A stretch of DNA of 64,000 nucleotides from a virus, in the IMG/VR virus record IMGVR_UViG_3300010885_031189, positions 34,320-98,319 of that record; one strand, written 5' to 3'. Positions 40,183 through 48,508 of the stretch are shown here, in pieces. The position numbers and the translations under genes are program-made. Under the pieces are notes generated by a model. The model made no database searches, was not told the DNA's origin, and worked only from the letters and a program-made list of their open reading frames with translations. Position 1 is the first letter of the stretch, and every line of letters starts with the position of its first letter.

Positions 40183-40211
40183 TTGACTTATATTTGATTT
40201 TCATGTATATT
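40183..40211 (+). promoter_or_regulatory. Sigma70-like promoter for the second Hef-like gene
   Basis: TTGACT-17 nt-TATATT. Confidence 0.5.
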
Positions 40212-40231
40212 TGTTAAATAGACTATAGAAG

Positions 40232-41677
40232 GTGGATGCATCAATGAAAAATATAATATTAGATTTAGTAAAAACCAAGCCTAAACATTATGCAGTTTTA
40301 ATAAAACGGGATACAATGTTATCAAATTGGGTGATAGAGAATTCATTAATTCAAAGTGAATCCTGGACTAGTATGATATATAGTGCAATTAATAATATTT
40401 CCAATATATGTGAATTTGGTAATATTAAAAAATTTGATAGATGGTCTACCGGATTTATCGGCTGTGGCCCAGCAAGTAGTTGTCAATGCACAAAAGAAGC
40501 TATAGCTAAACAAGTAACTATAGCAAAATCAAACTACACGACTGAGAAGAATTCTAATATAAATGCCAAAAGAAATAAATCAATGCATGAAAAGTATGGT
40601 GTTGAATATAATTCACAACGGATTGATATAAAAAGTATATGGACAAAACCAAAAATTTCTGAAAATGTTCACTCTAAACTAACGGATTATAATTGGATGC
40701 ATAATGAATATGTAGTAAAACAGAGGTCCTCGGTTGACATTGCTAGAGAATTAAATATATATTATTCAACTGTTGCTAGCTATTGTGTTGGTCATGGTTT
40801 TCCAATCCGCCGCCGAAGTAATTATTCATTGATAGAAATTGAAATTAAAGAATATGTTGAAAGTTTGGGATTATTGTGTGAATCAAGTAATTGGACTATA
40901 TTAAAAAGCAAAGAAATAGATTTATATATACCTTTCAAAAAAATAGCAATTGAAATTAATGGCTTATATTGGCATTCATTTAATCCGGCAAATTTCTCAC
41001 ATGAAGATGATGCTAGGCATTTAAACAAAACTAAAGAAGCTGCTAGTAAAGGTATATCATTGATACACATAACCGATTGGGAATGGAAAAATAAAAATGA
41101 TATTGTCAAATCTATATTAAAATCAAAACTAGGAGTATGTGATAAAGTTTATGCTAGACAAACAAAAGTAAAATCACTTACTACTGCTATAGCTAGACAA
41201 TTTTTTGATGATAATCACCTGCAAGGCTATATGCCATCTACCTATTATTTGGGATTATACAAAGATGAAAGATTAGTTATGGCAATTTCTGCTGGAAGAA
41301 ACCGCTTTGCTAAAGATAATAGTGTTGAACTTCACCGCATGGCTAGTGCAAAACATCTAACTGTAGTTGGTGGTGGTAGTAAATTAATAAAGGCATTAAA
41401 AATACTAATTAACAATAATACATTAATATCATATTGTGACCGAAGTAAATCAAATGGCAGTGGATACTTGGCGATGGGGTTCACTTTGCTAAGAACAACT
41501 AATCCAGGATATTTTTGGACGGACGGCAATGAAATATTATCTAGATATAAATGTACGAAACAAAAATTAAGTAAGTGGCTAAAAACATATGATTCATCCT
41601 TATCCGAATCAGAAAACATGTTCAATGCAAAATATCGCAGGTATTGGGATTGCGGGAATTATCTTTTTATTTTATGA
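40232..41677 (+). CDS. Hef-like free-standing endonuclease, second copy
   Basis: EIDLYIPFKKIAIEINGLYWHS; VGGGSKLI...SYCDRSKSNG...YWDCGN. Confidence 0.75.
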   Translation: MDASMKNIILDLVKTKPKHYAVLIKRDTMLSNWVIENSLIQSESWTSMIYSAINNISNICEFGNIKKFDRWSTGFIGCGPASSCQCTKEAIAKQVTIAKSNYTTEKNSNINAKRNKSMHEKYGVEYNSQRIDIKSIWTKPKISENVHSKLTDYNWMHNEYVVKQRSSVDIARELNIYYSTVASYCVGHGFPIRRRSNYSLIEIEIKEYVESLGLLCESSNWTILKSKEIDLYIPFKKIAIEINGLYWHSFNPANFSHEDDARHLNKTKEAASKGISLIHITDWEWKNKNDIVKSILKSKLGVCDKVYARQTKVKSLTTAIARQFFDDNHLQGYMPSTYYLGLYKDERLVMAISAGRNRFAKDNSVELHRMASAKHLTVVGGGSKLIKALKILINNNTLISYCDRSKSNGSGYLAMGFTLLRTTNPGYFWTDGNEILSRYKCTKQKLSKWLKTYDSSLSESENMFNAKYRRYWDCGNYLFIL

Positions 41678-41687
41678 AGTAATACTA

Positions 41688-41716
41688 TTGACATATCCTT
41701 GTCAGGCGAGTATACT
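41688..41716 (+). promoter_or_regulatory. Sigma70 promoter of nrdJ
   Basis: TTGACA-17 nt-TATACT. A late-type CATAAATA also lies at 41768-41775. Confidence 0.8.
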
Positions 41717-41814
41717 TATGCTCAGACTATTATACAAATAACTTGTGTTAATGGGAATTTATTACCGCATAAATATTTCTCCCAGATAACAAATTAAAAA
41801 TTAAGGAACAATCA

Positions 41815-43671
41815 ATGGACACCTCCCAGAAAATATTAAGCGACATTACAATTTTCAACAAATATGCGAAATTTATACCCGAATTAGGACGACGAGAAAA
41901 TTGGGACGACTTATGTGAACGCAATCAAGAAATGCATTTATCAAAATTCCCAAATCTAGCTACTGAAATCAAAGAAGTTTATACAAATTATGTAAAAACA
42001 AAAATGGTACTACCGTCCATGCGATCAATGCAATTTGCGGGTCGTCCAATTGAATTGGCTAATAATCGTATGTTTAATTGCGCTTTCGTTGCATTAGATA
42101 ACTTAGCTGGATTTTGGGAAACAATGTTCCTATTATTAGGTGGTTCTGGTGTTGGATATAGTGTTCAACAACATCATATCAGTGAATTACCAATAATTAC
42201 TGGGCCTACAAATAAACCACGTAGGTTTTTAGTTGGTGATTCAATTGAAGGTTGGGCAGATGCTGTTAAAGTATTGATGCGAGCCTACACTGAAAACAAA
42301 TCTGATCCTATGTTTGATTTCCGTGATATTAGGCAAAAGGGTGCAAGACTAGTTACTTCTGGTGGTAAAGCTCCAGGTCCTGATCCACTCCGCCTATGTT
42401 TGGATCATATTCGTGCAATTCTAAATAATGCAGTTGGTCGTCAAATGACTTCATTAGAAGCACATGATATTCAATGCCGAATCGCTGATGCAGTACTTGC
42501 TGGTGGTATTCGTCGGGCAGCAATGATTGCATTGTTTAGTGAAGATGATCTTGATATGATGTCCTGCAAATCTGGTATGTGGTGGGAATTAAATTCTCAG
42601 CGTGGGCGTGCCAATAATTCAGTCGTGCTTAAACGTGGGACTATTGATGAAGATACCTTTTTGAATCTGTGGGAAATGGTTAAAGATTCCAATTCAGGTG
42701 AGCCTGGAATCTTCTGGACTAATGACTATGATATTGGTACTAATCCTTGCGCAGAAATTTCACTGAAATCAATGCAATTCTGTAATGTAACTGAAGTGAA
42801 TGTTGATGATGTTACCAGTCAGGAAGATTTAAACAATCGTGTAAAGGCCGGTGCTTTTCTAGGCACCTTACAAGCTGCTTACACCGACTTCCACTATCTG
42901 CGTTCAAAATGGAAGGATAATACGGATGAAGATGCCCTAATAGGCGTAGGAATGACCGGAATAGGCTCAAATAGGGTGATTAAATTTGACCTTGAAGGAG
43001 CTGCTGCTGTTGTTAATAAAGAGAATGAAAGAGTTGCTGCGTTAATTGGTGTTAATAAAGCTGCTAGAACTACTACAATCAAGCCAGCAGGAACTACTTC
43101 ATTAGTAGTCGGTGCTGCATCGGGAATCCATGCATGGCATAATGATTATTATGTTAGACGAATGAGAGTAGGGAAGAATGAAGCATTGTATCGTTACATG
43201 AATGAATTCTTTCCCAACTTAGTTGAAGATTGTAGATTCAAACCACATATTGAAGCTGTAATGAGTTTCCCACAAAAAGCACCCGAGGGATCAGTATTAC
43301 GGACTGAACCAGCACTTCAATTACTTGAGCGTGTGAAGCGTTTCAATAAAGAATGGATTACTAAAGGATATCGTAATGGTGAAAATCATCATAATGTATC
43401 TTGTACTATTTCTGTTCGTCCAGAAGAATGGGTAGAAGTAGGTAATTGGATGTGGCAAAATAAAGATTATTATACTGGTATATCAGTTCTTCCATATGAT
43501 AATGGTTCTTATGTTCAGGCTCCGTTTACTGATTGCACTAAAGAAGAGTATGAAGAATTGCTACCATTTTTGCAGGATATCAATCTTGATAATGTAAATG
43601 AACAAGAAGATAATACATCACTGACCGATCAAGCAGCATGTGGTGGTGGTGGGTGTGAAATTACTATGTAA
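41815..43671 (+). CDS. nrdJ: Class II (adenosylcobalamin-dependent) ribonucleotide reductase
   Basis: FNCAF, GSGVG, GGIRRAAMI, TNPCAEI, CNVTEVN, TTIKPAGT, C-terminal CGGGGC. Confidence 0.92.
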   Translation: MDTSQKILSDITIFNKYAKFIPELGRRENWDDLCERNQEMHLSKFPNLATEIKEVYTNYVKTKMVLPSMRSMQFAGRPIELANNRMFNCAFVALDNLAGFWETMFLLLGGSGVGYSVQQHHISELPIITGPTNKPRRFLVGDSIEGWADAVKVLMRAYTENKSDPMFDFRDIRQKGARLVTSGGKAPGPDPLRLCLDHIRAILNNAVGRQMTSLEAHDIQCRIADAVLAGGIRRAAMIALFSEDDLDMMSCKSGMWWELNSQRGRANNSVVLKRGTIDEDTFLNLWEMVKDSNSGEPGIFWTNDYDIGTNPCAEISLKSMQFCNVTEVNVDDVTSQEDLNNRVKAGAFLGTLQAAYTDFHYLRSKWKDNTDEDALIGVGMTGIGSNRVIKFDLEGAAAVVNKENERVAALIGVNKAARTTTIKPAGTTSLVVGAASGIHAWHNDYYVRRMRVGKNEALYRYMNEFFPNLVEDCRFKPHIEAVMSFPQKAPEGSVLRTEPALQLLERVKRFNKEWITKGYRNGENHHNVSCTISVRPEEWVEVGNWMWQNKDYYTGISVLPYDNGSYVQAPFTDCTKEEYEELLPFLQDINLDNVNEQEDNTSLTDQAACGGGGCEITM

Positions 43672-43732
43672 TTGACTAAAAAGTACGATCCTGTATAAAT
43701 ATTATTATCTCAACGGGATGGGAAGTTACACT

Positions 43733-43755
43733 AAAGACTCTTCGGAGTCTTTTTT
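43733..43755 (+). terminator. Terminator with cUUCGg loop
   Basis: AAAGACTC-TTCG-GAGTCTTTTTT. Confidence 0.85.
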
Positions 43756-43781
43756 GTCGGCTATAATTTAATAAATATATT

Positions 43782-45038
43782 ATGTTAATAATTGAACTGT
43801 TTGAAGCTCGCCGCAATCCAGAACTTAATCCAAAACAGGAAGGCCATGCTGCCGCTGTAGCTTTCTTATCCAAAATACCAAACGATGAATTAATTCATTA
43901 TGGTGTCTCTATGACAGAGTTGCCAAAATTAGGTATAAATCCTTCCAGCAAATATAATACACCAATTGGAGTATATTTTTATCCGGCATCATATTATCTA
44001 ACCATCAAAAAGAATAATACTACATTAGACTTTCAAGATAAAGCTGCCTATATACAAATATTAAAATTAAACGGTAATATATTACAACTTGGTACTGGTG
44101 GTAATGGTGGTAATGGTGATGCTGATTTTTATAAAAATACATTAGATAAATTACGAGATATGATTCCAGAACTTGCCAAGCAGTTTGGGTCTAATACAGA
44201 ATTTATAAAAGACTACCTCAAATTTCTTATTTCAGACGCTAGTACCGAGGCGAAGGTAAGTAATTATGATGGATTTATTTGGTATATACTATGGAAGTTA
44301 TCTAGTGAGCTAGGAGGTGGGGTTCGTGGATCGCAACAACGCTATGGACAAGCTAAACGAAATCCTGTAATATGGAATAAACTTATTAGGATGTTAGGAT
44401 ATTCTGCTGTCATTGACTTAGGCTCTGGTATAATTCACCAAAATGAAATGTTTCAGGGTGTCGCACTAGATCCTGCAAACATACAATTGGTAAAAACTTT
44501 TTCTAATAAAGAATCAAATCCAACGAATGAAATACCAATATGGAATCAATTATTAGTCTGGCCGTCAAAAACACCAAAGCAATATGTACAATCCGTAAGT
44601 GAATACATAAGATTTAATCATATAACAACTTCTGTTAATAGAAAAATAGCTGGTAAGGTATTACATAAAGTGGTAAACTTCTTAAAAGCAGATCCTACCA
44701 TTTTTCTAAAGTTAGACAGTGCAGATATTAATACATATGTATTGATGGCAAATTCACTAGATGATAACAATATGGCACAGTGGATACGAATGCATTATGA
44801 ATTAGCTCTTTGGGATGCAGCAGACAAAAAAGAATTTCAGATGTTACGGAATCTTGTAACTTCTGTGAAGAAAAATAGTCCAGAATTGCTACCACAAACT
44901 ATTGAATCAGTTAATCATTACATGCCAAAATATCAAAAATTGCGGGCTAAATTATTAAGAATTCCGCAGACTACAGAGACTACTCAAATAATATCAGCAA
45001 TTGATGAATTATTTTATTTGATAGGATACGATAAATAA
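43782..45038 (+). CDS. Hypothetical protein, probable internal head protein (possible ADP-ribosyltransferase-like fold)
   Basis: N-terminus MLIIELFE; GVYFYP and GYSAVID...IHQNEMFQ motifs; late promoter at 43770-43777. Confidence 0.5.
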   Translation: MLIIELFEARRNPELNPKQEGHAAAVAFLSKIPNDELIHYGVSMTELPKLGINPSSKYNTPIGVYFYPASYYLTIKKNNTTLDFQDKAAYIQILKLNGNILQLGTGGNGGNGDADFYKNTLDKLRDMIPELAKQFGSNTEFIKDYLKFLISDASTEAKVSNYDGFIWYILWKLSSELGGGVRGSQQRYGQAKRNPVIWNKLIRMLGYSAVIDLGSGIIHQNEMFQGVALDPANIQLVKTFSNKESNPTNEIPIWNQLLVWPSKTPKQYVQSVSEYIRFNHITTSVNRKIAGKVLHKVVNFLKADPTIFLKLDSADINTYVLMANSLDDNNMAQWIRMHYELALWDAADKKEFQMLRNLVTSVKKNSPELLPQTIESVNHYMPKYQKLRAKLLRIPQTTETTQIISAIDELFYLIGYDK

Positions 45039-45040
45039 GT

Positions 45041-45099
45041 ATGTTCGCTCTATTAAAGAGTTTATGCAGAACCCTAAACTGCGTAGTGATATAGAACAT
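45041..45099 (+). promoter_or_regulatory. Structured 5' leader (three-way junction)
   Basis: ATGTTC/GAACAT closes hairpins GCTCT/AGAGT and TTATGCAG/CTGCGTAG, between late promoter 45030-45037 and the SD. Confidence 0.55.
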
Positions 45100-45117
45100 C
45101 TACACAAGGAGAAAAAA

Positions 45118-46083
45118 ATGGGACGTCCTTTAAATAAGAAATATTTTGGTAATCGCAACGCTGGCACTGCCGTAACAGGTGATGATGGTCTAGGTGGAAA
45201 TCAAGTTGCAAGTGTAAATGTTACTACTGCAGGTACATATACAACAAAACCAGTAATCACCTTTTCAGCACCTGACAAATCAGCTATCGGTGGTGTAACT
45301 GCATTAACTACAGCAGCTAATACATTTATGAAGGCTGTTAGCGCAACGGTCGGTGCCCCAGGCGGCGCAGGCAACGCTTATGTAGTAGGTGATATTTTAA
45401 CAGTAACACTAAGTACAGGTGTGTCAACTTTTACAGTTGCTACAATTGATGGTGGCGGTGGTATTGCTACAGTAACAGTATTAGACGGTGGAACACACAC
45501 TGGTGTATTATTGACAGGACTTAAACCAACAACAGTAATACATGGTGACGGAACAGCAAGTGCAGCAGTTGCTGGTACACTATCATTAGTATACGGTCTT
45601 AAGGCAGTAACACTAACTAATAATGGTTCTGGCTATACAGACCCAGCTGATGCTGGTGTAATCGTAACTGGTGCAAATACTGGTGTTGCAGCAGTTGCTG
45701 CCAGTGTAATGGGAACATCTACTATAGTTGGTAACAATGAAAATGCTATCAACATTTCTGCTTGGATTCCAACTGCAAACGGTGGATCAAGCTCAGTGGC
45801 TGGTGACATTGTAAAACAGGTAAGTGGTAGTCGCTACAAAGTTGAAACAGCGCAAGGAACTGGTATTGTCAAACTAGTTGCTGCAGCTCCTGCAGCAGGA
45901 CAAGCTACCATTGTTGCAACAGATTTTGCAAGTGCAACATATTATGTTACTAAGTTGACTGGACATAAAGCAACATTGACTAGATTTGGTGGAGGTGCAT
46001 ACGAATTTGCAGATGGTGCAGCAGTTGCTTGGACATTTGCAGCAGCAACTACTCTAAAAAATGTTACCATTTCTAATACTTAA
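45118..46083 (+). CDS. Abundant virion structural protein (start moved from 45064 to MGRPLNKKYFG)
   Basis: AAGGAG SD at 45106-45111; Gly/Thr/Ala-rich beta protein with GSGYT motif. Confidence 0.7.
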   Translation: MGRPLNKKYFGNRNAGTAVTGDDGLGGNQVASVNVTTAGTYTTKPVITFSAPDKSAIGGVTALTTAANTFMKAVSATVGAPGGAGNAYVVGDILTVTLSTGVSTFTVATIDGGGGIATVTVLDGGTHTGVLLTGLKPTTVIHGDGTASAAVAGTLSLVYGLKAVTLTNNGSGYTDPADAGVIVTGANTGVAAVAASVMGTSTIVGNNENAINISAWIPTANGGSSSVAGDIVKQVSGSRYKVETAQGTGIVKLVAAAPAAGQATIVATDFASATYYVTKLTGHKATLTRFGGGAYEFADGAAVAWTFAAATTLKNVTISNT

Positions 46084-46100
46084 TTGGTAATTAGCTAAGG

Positions 46101-46128
46101 TAGGAAGAGGGCGTATGCCCTCTTCCTA
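46101..46128 (+). terminator. 12-bp hairpin, likely terminator or 3' stabiliser
   Basis: TAGGAAGAGGGC-GTAT-GCCCTCTTCCTA; AT-rich tail but no clear U-tract. Confidence 0.65.
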
Positions 46129-46180
46129 TATCTATATATTAATATTAGATAAATATCTAAAAGCGTAGGAATTAGCCATA

Positions 46181-46813
46181 ATGTCATCTACCGATAGAAT
46201 CTCGGGCAATTATAATTTAATAGCCGTCAATGGAAACATTGATATAACTGCTAACGGTGGTATAGGTACTACAACCATTTATGGAAATTTAGTTGTTATT
46301 GGTACACAGACTAGCTTACAGTCAATTGATACATTAGTTAGTGATAATATCATTACACTTAATGCCAGTGTTATAAATGGTGTACCTATATTAAATGCAG
46401 GCATTGAAGTTCATCGTGGAGATGAACCAACAGTTGCATTAAGATGGTCAGAAGCAGTAAAAAGATGGCAAGTTACTTCAGATGGATCATTCTATGCAAA
46501 CTTAATGGTAAGAGTAGAAGATGATACTGATCCACATTTAGGTGGTAATTTATATGTAAATGGATTTGAAATTCGTTCATATCCTAATCAGAATATTATT
46601 CTACATCCAGGATTTAATGGGACAGCATCAGGACAAGGTGGTGTTCAACTTATTTCTGGTAATATAAATGCAAATGTGGTAATAGGGTCTACTGTTGTAT
46701 ATGCTAAAGCACCAGGACCAGGTGAAACTGGTATATATATAACAAGTGAAGTAGCATATGCACAAGAATTAATCACCAAGCGCCGAGCGTTAGTATACGC
46801 TTTGGTATTATAG
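46181..46813 (+). CDS. Virion structural/fibre-associated protein
   Basis: GNLVVIGT...DNIITLN...AGIEVHRG...LRWSE fibre module; DPHLGGNL; late promoter at 46148-46155. Confidence 0.65.
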   Translation: MSSTDRISGNYNLIAVNGNIDITANGGIGTTTIYGNLVVIGTQTSLQSIDTLVSDNIITLNASVINGVPILNAGIEVHRGDEPTVALRWSEAVKRWQVTSDGSFYANLMVRVEDDTDPHLGGNLYVNGFEIRSYPNQNIILHPGFNGTASGQGGVQLISGNINANVVIGSTVVYAKAPGPGETGIYITSEVAYAQELITKRRALVYALVL

Positions 46814-46821
46814 GAATAGAC

Positions 46822-47154
46822 ATGGCATTATTAAGTACCGTATTAACAGCAAATATCTCCAGCATTTATACTAGTAATGGTAATAGTGTAGTAACTACTA
46901 TGTATTTTTGTAATACTAGTAATGTAACTGCTGAATTCAGCTTATATGCTGTACCCAATGGCGCAACAGCAGGTATAACTAATGCGATTTATTATCTGGT
47001 TCCTTTAACTTCACATGACACTTATGTTATTGATACTGAAAGATTAATGTTAGAAAACGGTGATGGTATATTTGCCAACTTGACTATGGATGCAAATGCG
47101 GATGCAAATTCAAGTCCTACTATAGTAGCAACAATAACAAGTATTGGTATATAA
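46822..47154 (+). CDS. Small virion structural protein (paralog of 59881)
   Basis: MYFCN...LMLENGD beta-sandwich pattern. Confidence 0.6.
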   Translation: MALLSTVLTANISSIYTSNGNSVVTTMYFCNTSNVTAEFSLYAVPNGATAGITNAIYYLVPLTSHDTYVIDTERLMLENGDGIFANLTMDANADANSSPTIVATITSIGI

Positions 47155-47573
47155 TGGGTCGTTTCTTAAAAAATCGTGAATTAAGATCAGGCAGTTACAG
47201 TATTAGATTACCTATGGGATCTAGTGCAGTGGGACCTAATTCTCCTGTTAGTGGATTGATGCGATATAATACCACATTTAATAGATTTGAATTTTATGCC
47301 ATTGATAGATGGAAGCAAGTCTCATCTGGTGACCCATTGGGTGCTATAAAAGATACGTTTTACGGTGACGGTGTATTAAGAACATTCGGTCCAATGATTG
47401 AATCATATGTTGCTGGCAGTGAAGTTAGATTATTAGTTTTTGTGGGTGGAGTATTTCAAAATCCAGGTGATGCATTTACGGTAGATGCTGATATGATTAC
47501 TTTTACTAGTACTCCACCTGATCAACACCCAATTATTATATTGCATGGTTATGCTAATTTAAAAGAACAATAA
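47154..47573 (+). CDS. Virion structural protein
   Basis: GLMRYNTTFNRFEFY and LLVFVGGVFQNPGDAFTV modules common in myovirus fibre/baseplate proteins. Confidence 0.65.
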   Translation: MGRFLKNRELRSGSYSIRLPMGSSAVGPNSPVSGLMRYNTTFNRFEFYAIDRWKQVSSGDPLGAIKDTFYGDGVLRTFGPMIESYVAGSEVRLLVFVGGVFQNPGDAFTVDADMITFTSTPPDQHPIIILHGYANLKEQ

Positions 47574-47603
47574 AATGAGTATAATTAACCACAGGGCATT
47601 ACA

Positions 47604-48416
47604 ATGGCAATAGGTCGTATATCCGGCTCAATGTTGTTCAGTAATCTTGAGCGACAAGGCCAAGATTTAGCAATTGAAGGTAATTTAATATATTTTGATG
47701 TTACTCAACGCAGAGTAGGTATCAATACATTTACACCTAATGTAGCATTAGATGTAGTTGGTTCAGCGAATATAACTAGTAATTTATTTGTTGGTGGAAC
47801 TGTCATTGTTGGTAATTCTTATATGTTACCACCACTAAATGGTGGTCCTGGACAAGTACTAGGTACTGATGGAAATTTTGTAACATATTGGATACCAGCA
47901 CCACCTGAAAGTAGTATTAGAAGACATAAATATGAAAAAACTATAGATACCCTATTAGGATTTGGAAATGTTGAATTTCAGATGGAGTTGGGTGTAAGTT
48001 CAATTGTATATAATTTAACAGTATCAAGACCAGTTAAAGTAGAAGTATATTCTACTCCAGATAGAAATGAAAATAACCCATATACTTTTATCGCTACACC
48101 AGAACATTTGACTGATGATGGCACAGTTGTTTTAAATGATGGAAGTAGTTTCCAAAGTAGACAATATAGTATTTTTGCTAATTTAGAAGACCCACCAACT
48201 ACTAATGTATTTGTTACAATTAGTAGTATTGATGAATATTTAGCGGCTACCCCTGTTTATTTCAGTGTGATTTATTTCCCAGCAGTTACTGATAGTAGAC
48301 CAACTGTAGATGTGGTTGATACTTTACCAGTAGGTGGATATGTTGGTAAAATGGTATATCTGAGACCGTTGAGTCAATCTTATCTATGGGTCGATGATAT
48401 GTGGAAACCATTATAA
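47604..48416 (+). CDS. Tail-fibre-like protein
   Basis: RRVGINTFTPNVALDVVG and GQVLGTDG fibre motifs. Confidence 0.6.
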   Translation: MAIGRISGSMLFSNLERQGQDLAIEGNLIYFDVTQRRVGINTFTPNVALDVVGSANITSNLFVGGTVIVGNSYMLPPLNGGPGQVLGTDGNFVTYWIPAPPESSIRRHKYEKTIDTLLGFGNVEFQMELGVSSIVYNLTVSRPVKVEVYSTPDRNENNPYTFIATPEHLTDDGTVVLNDGSSFQSRQYSIFANLEDPPTTNVFVTISSIDEYLAATPVYFSVIYFPAVTDSRPTVDVVDTLPVGGYVGKMVYLRPLSQSYLWVDDMWKPL

Positions 48417-48508
48417 GTAATGTCTTCACATACCGTTTATGAAATGTTTGATAAATAAGTTTATATGTTGAATACTTTAGTATTCATCGCGCAAGGAGCA
48501 AAAGAATA

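Noticed and set aside
41717-41814. NrdR box or cobalamin riboswitch upstream of nrdJ
   Set aside because: ACAAATAACTTGT is only a weak palindrome with the wrong spacing, and the leader is too short and AT-rich for a riboswitch.
45064-45117. ORF-track start MQNPKL...
   Set aside because: The strong AAGGAG SD supports ATG 45118; the upstream part lies within the folded leader.
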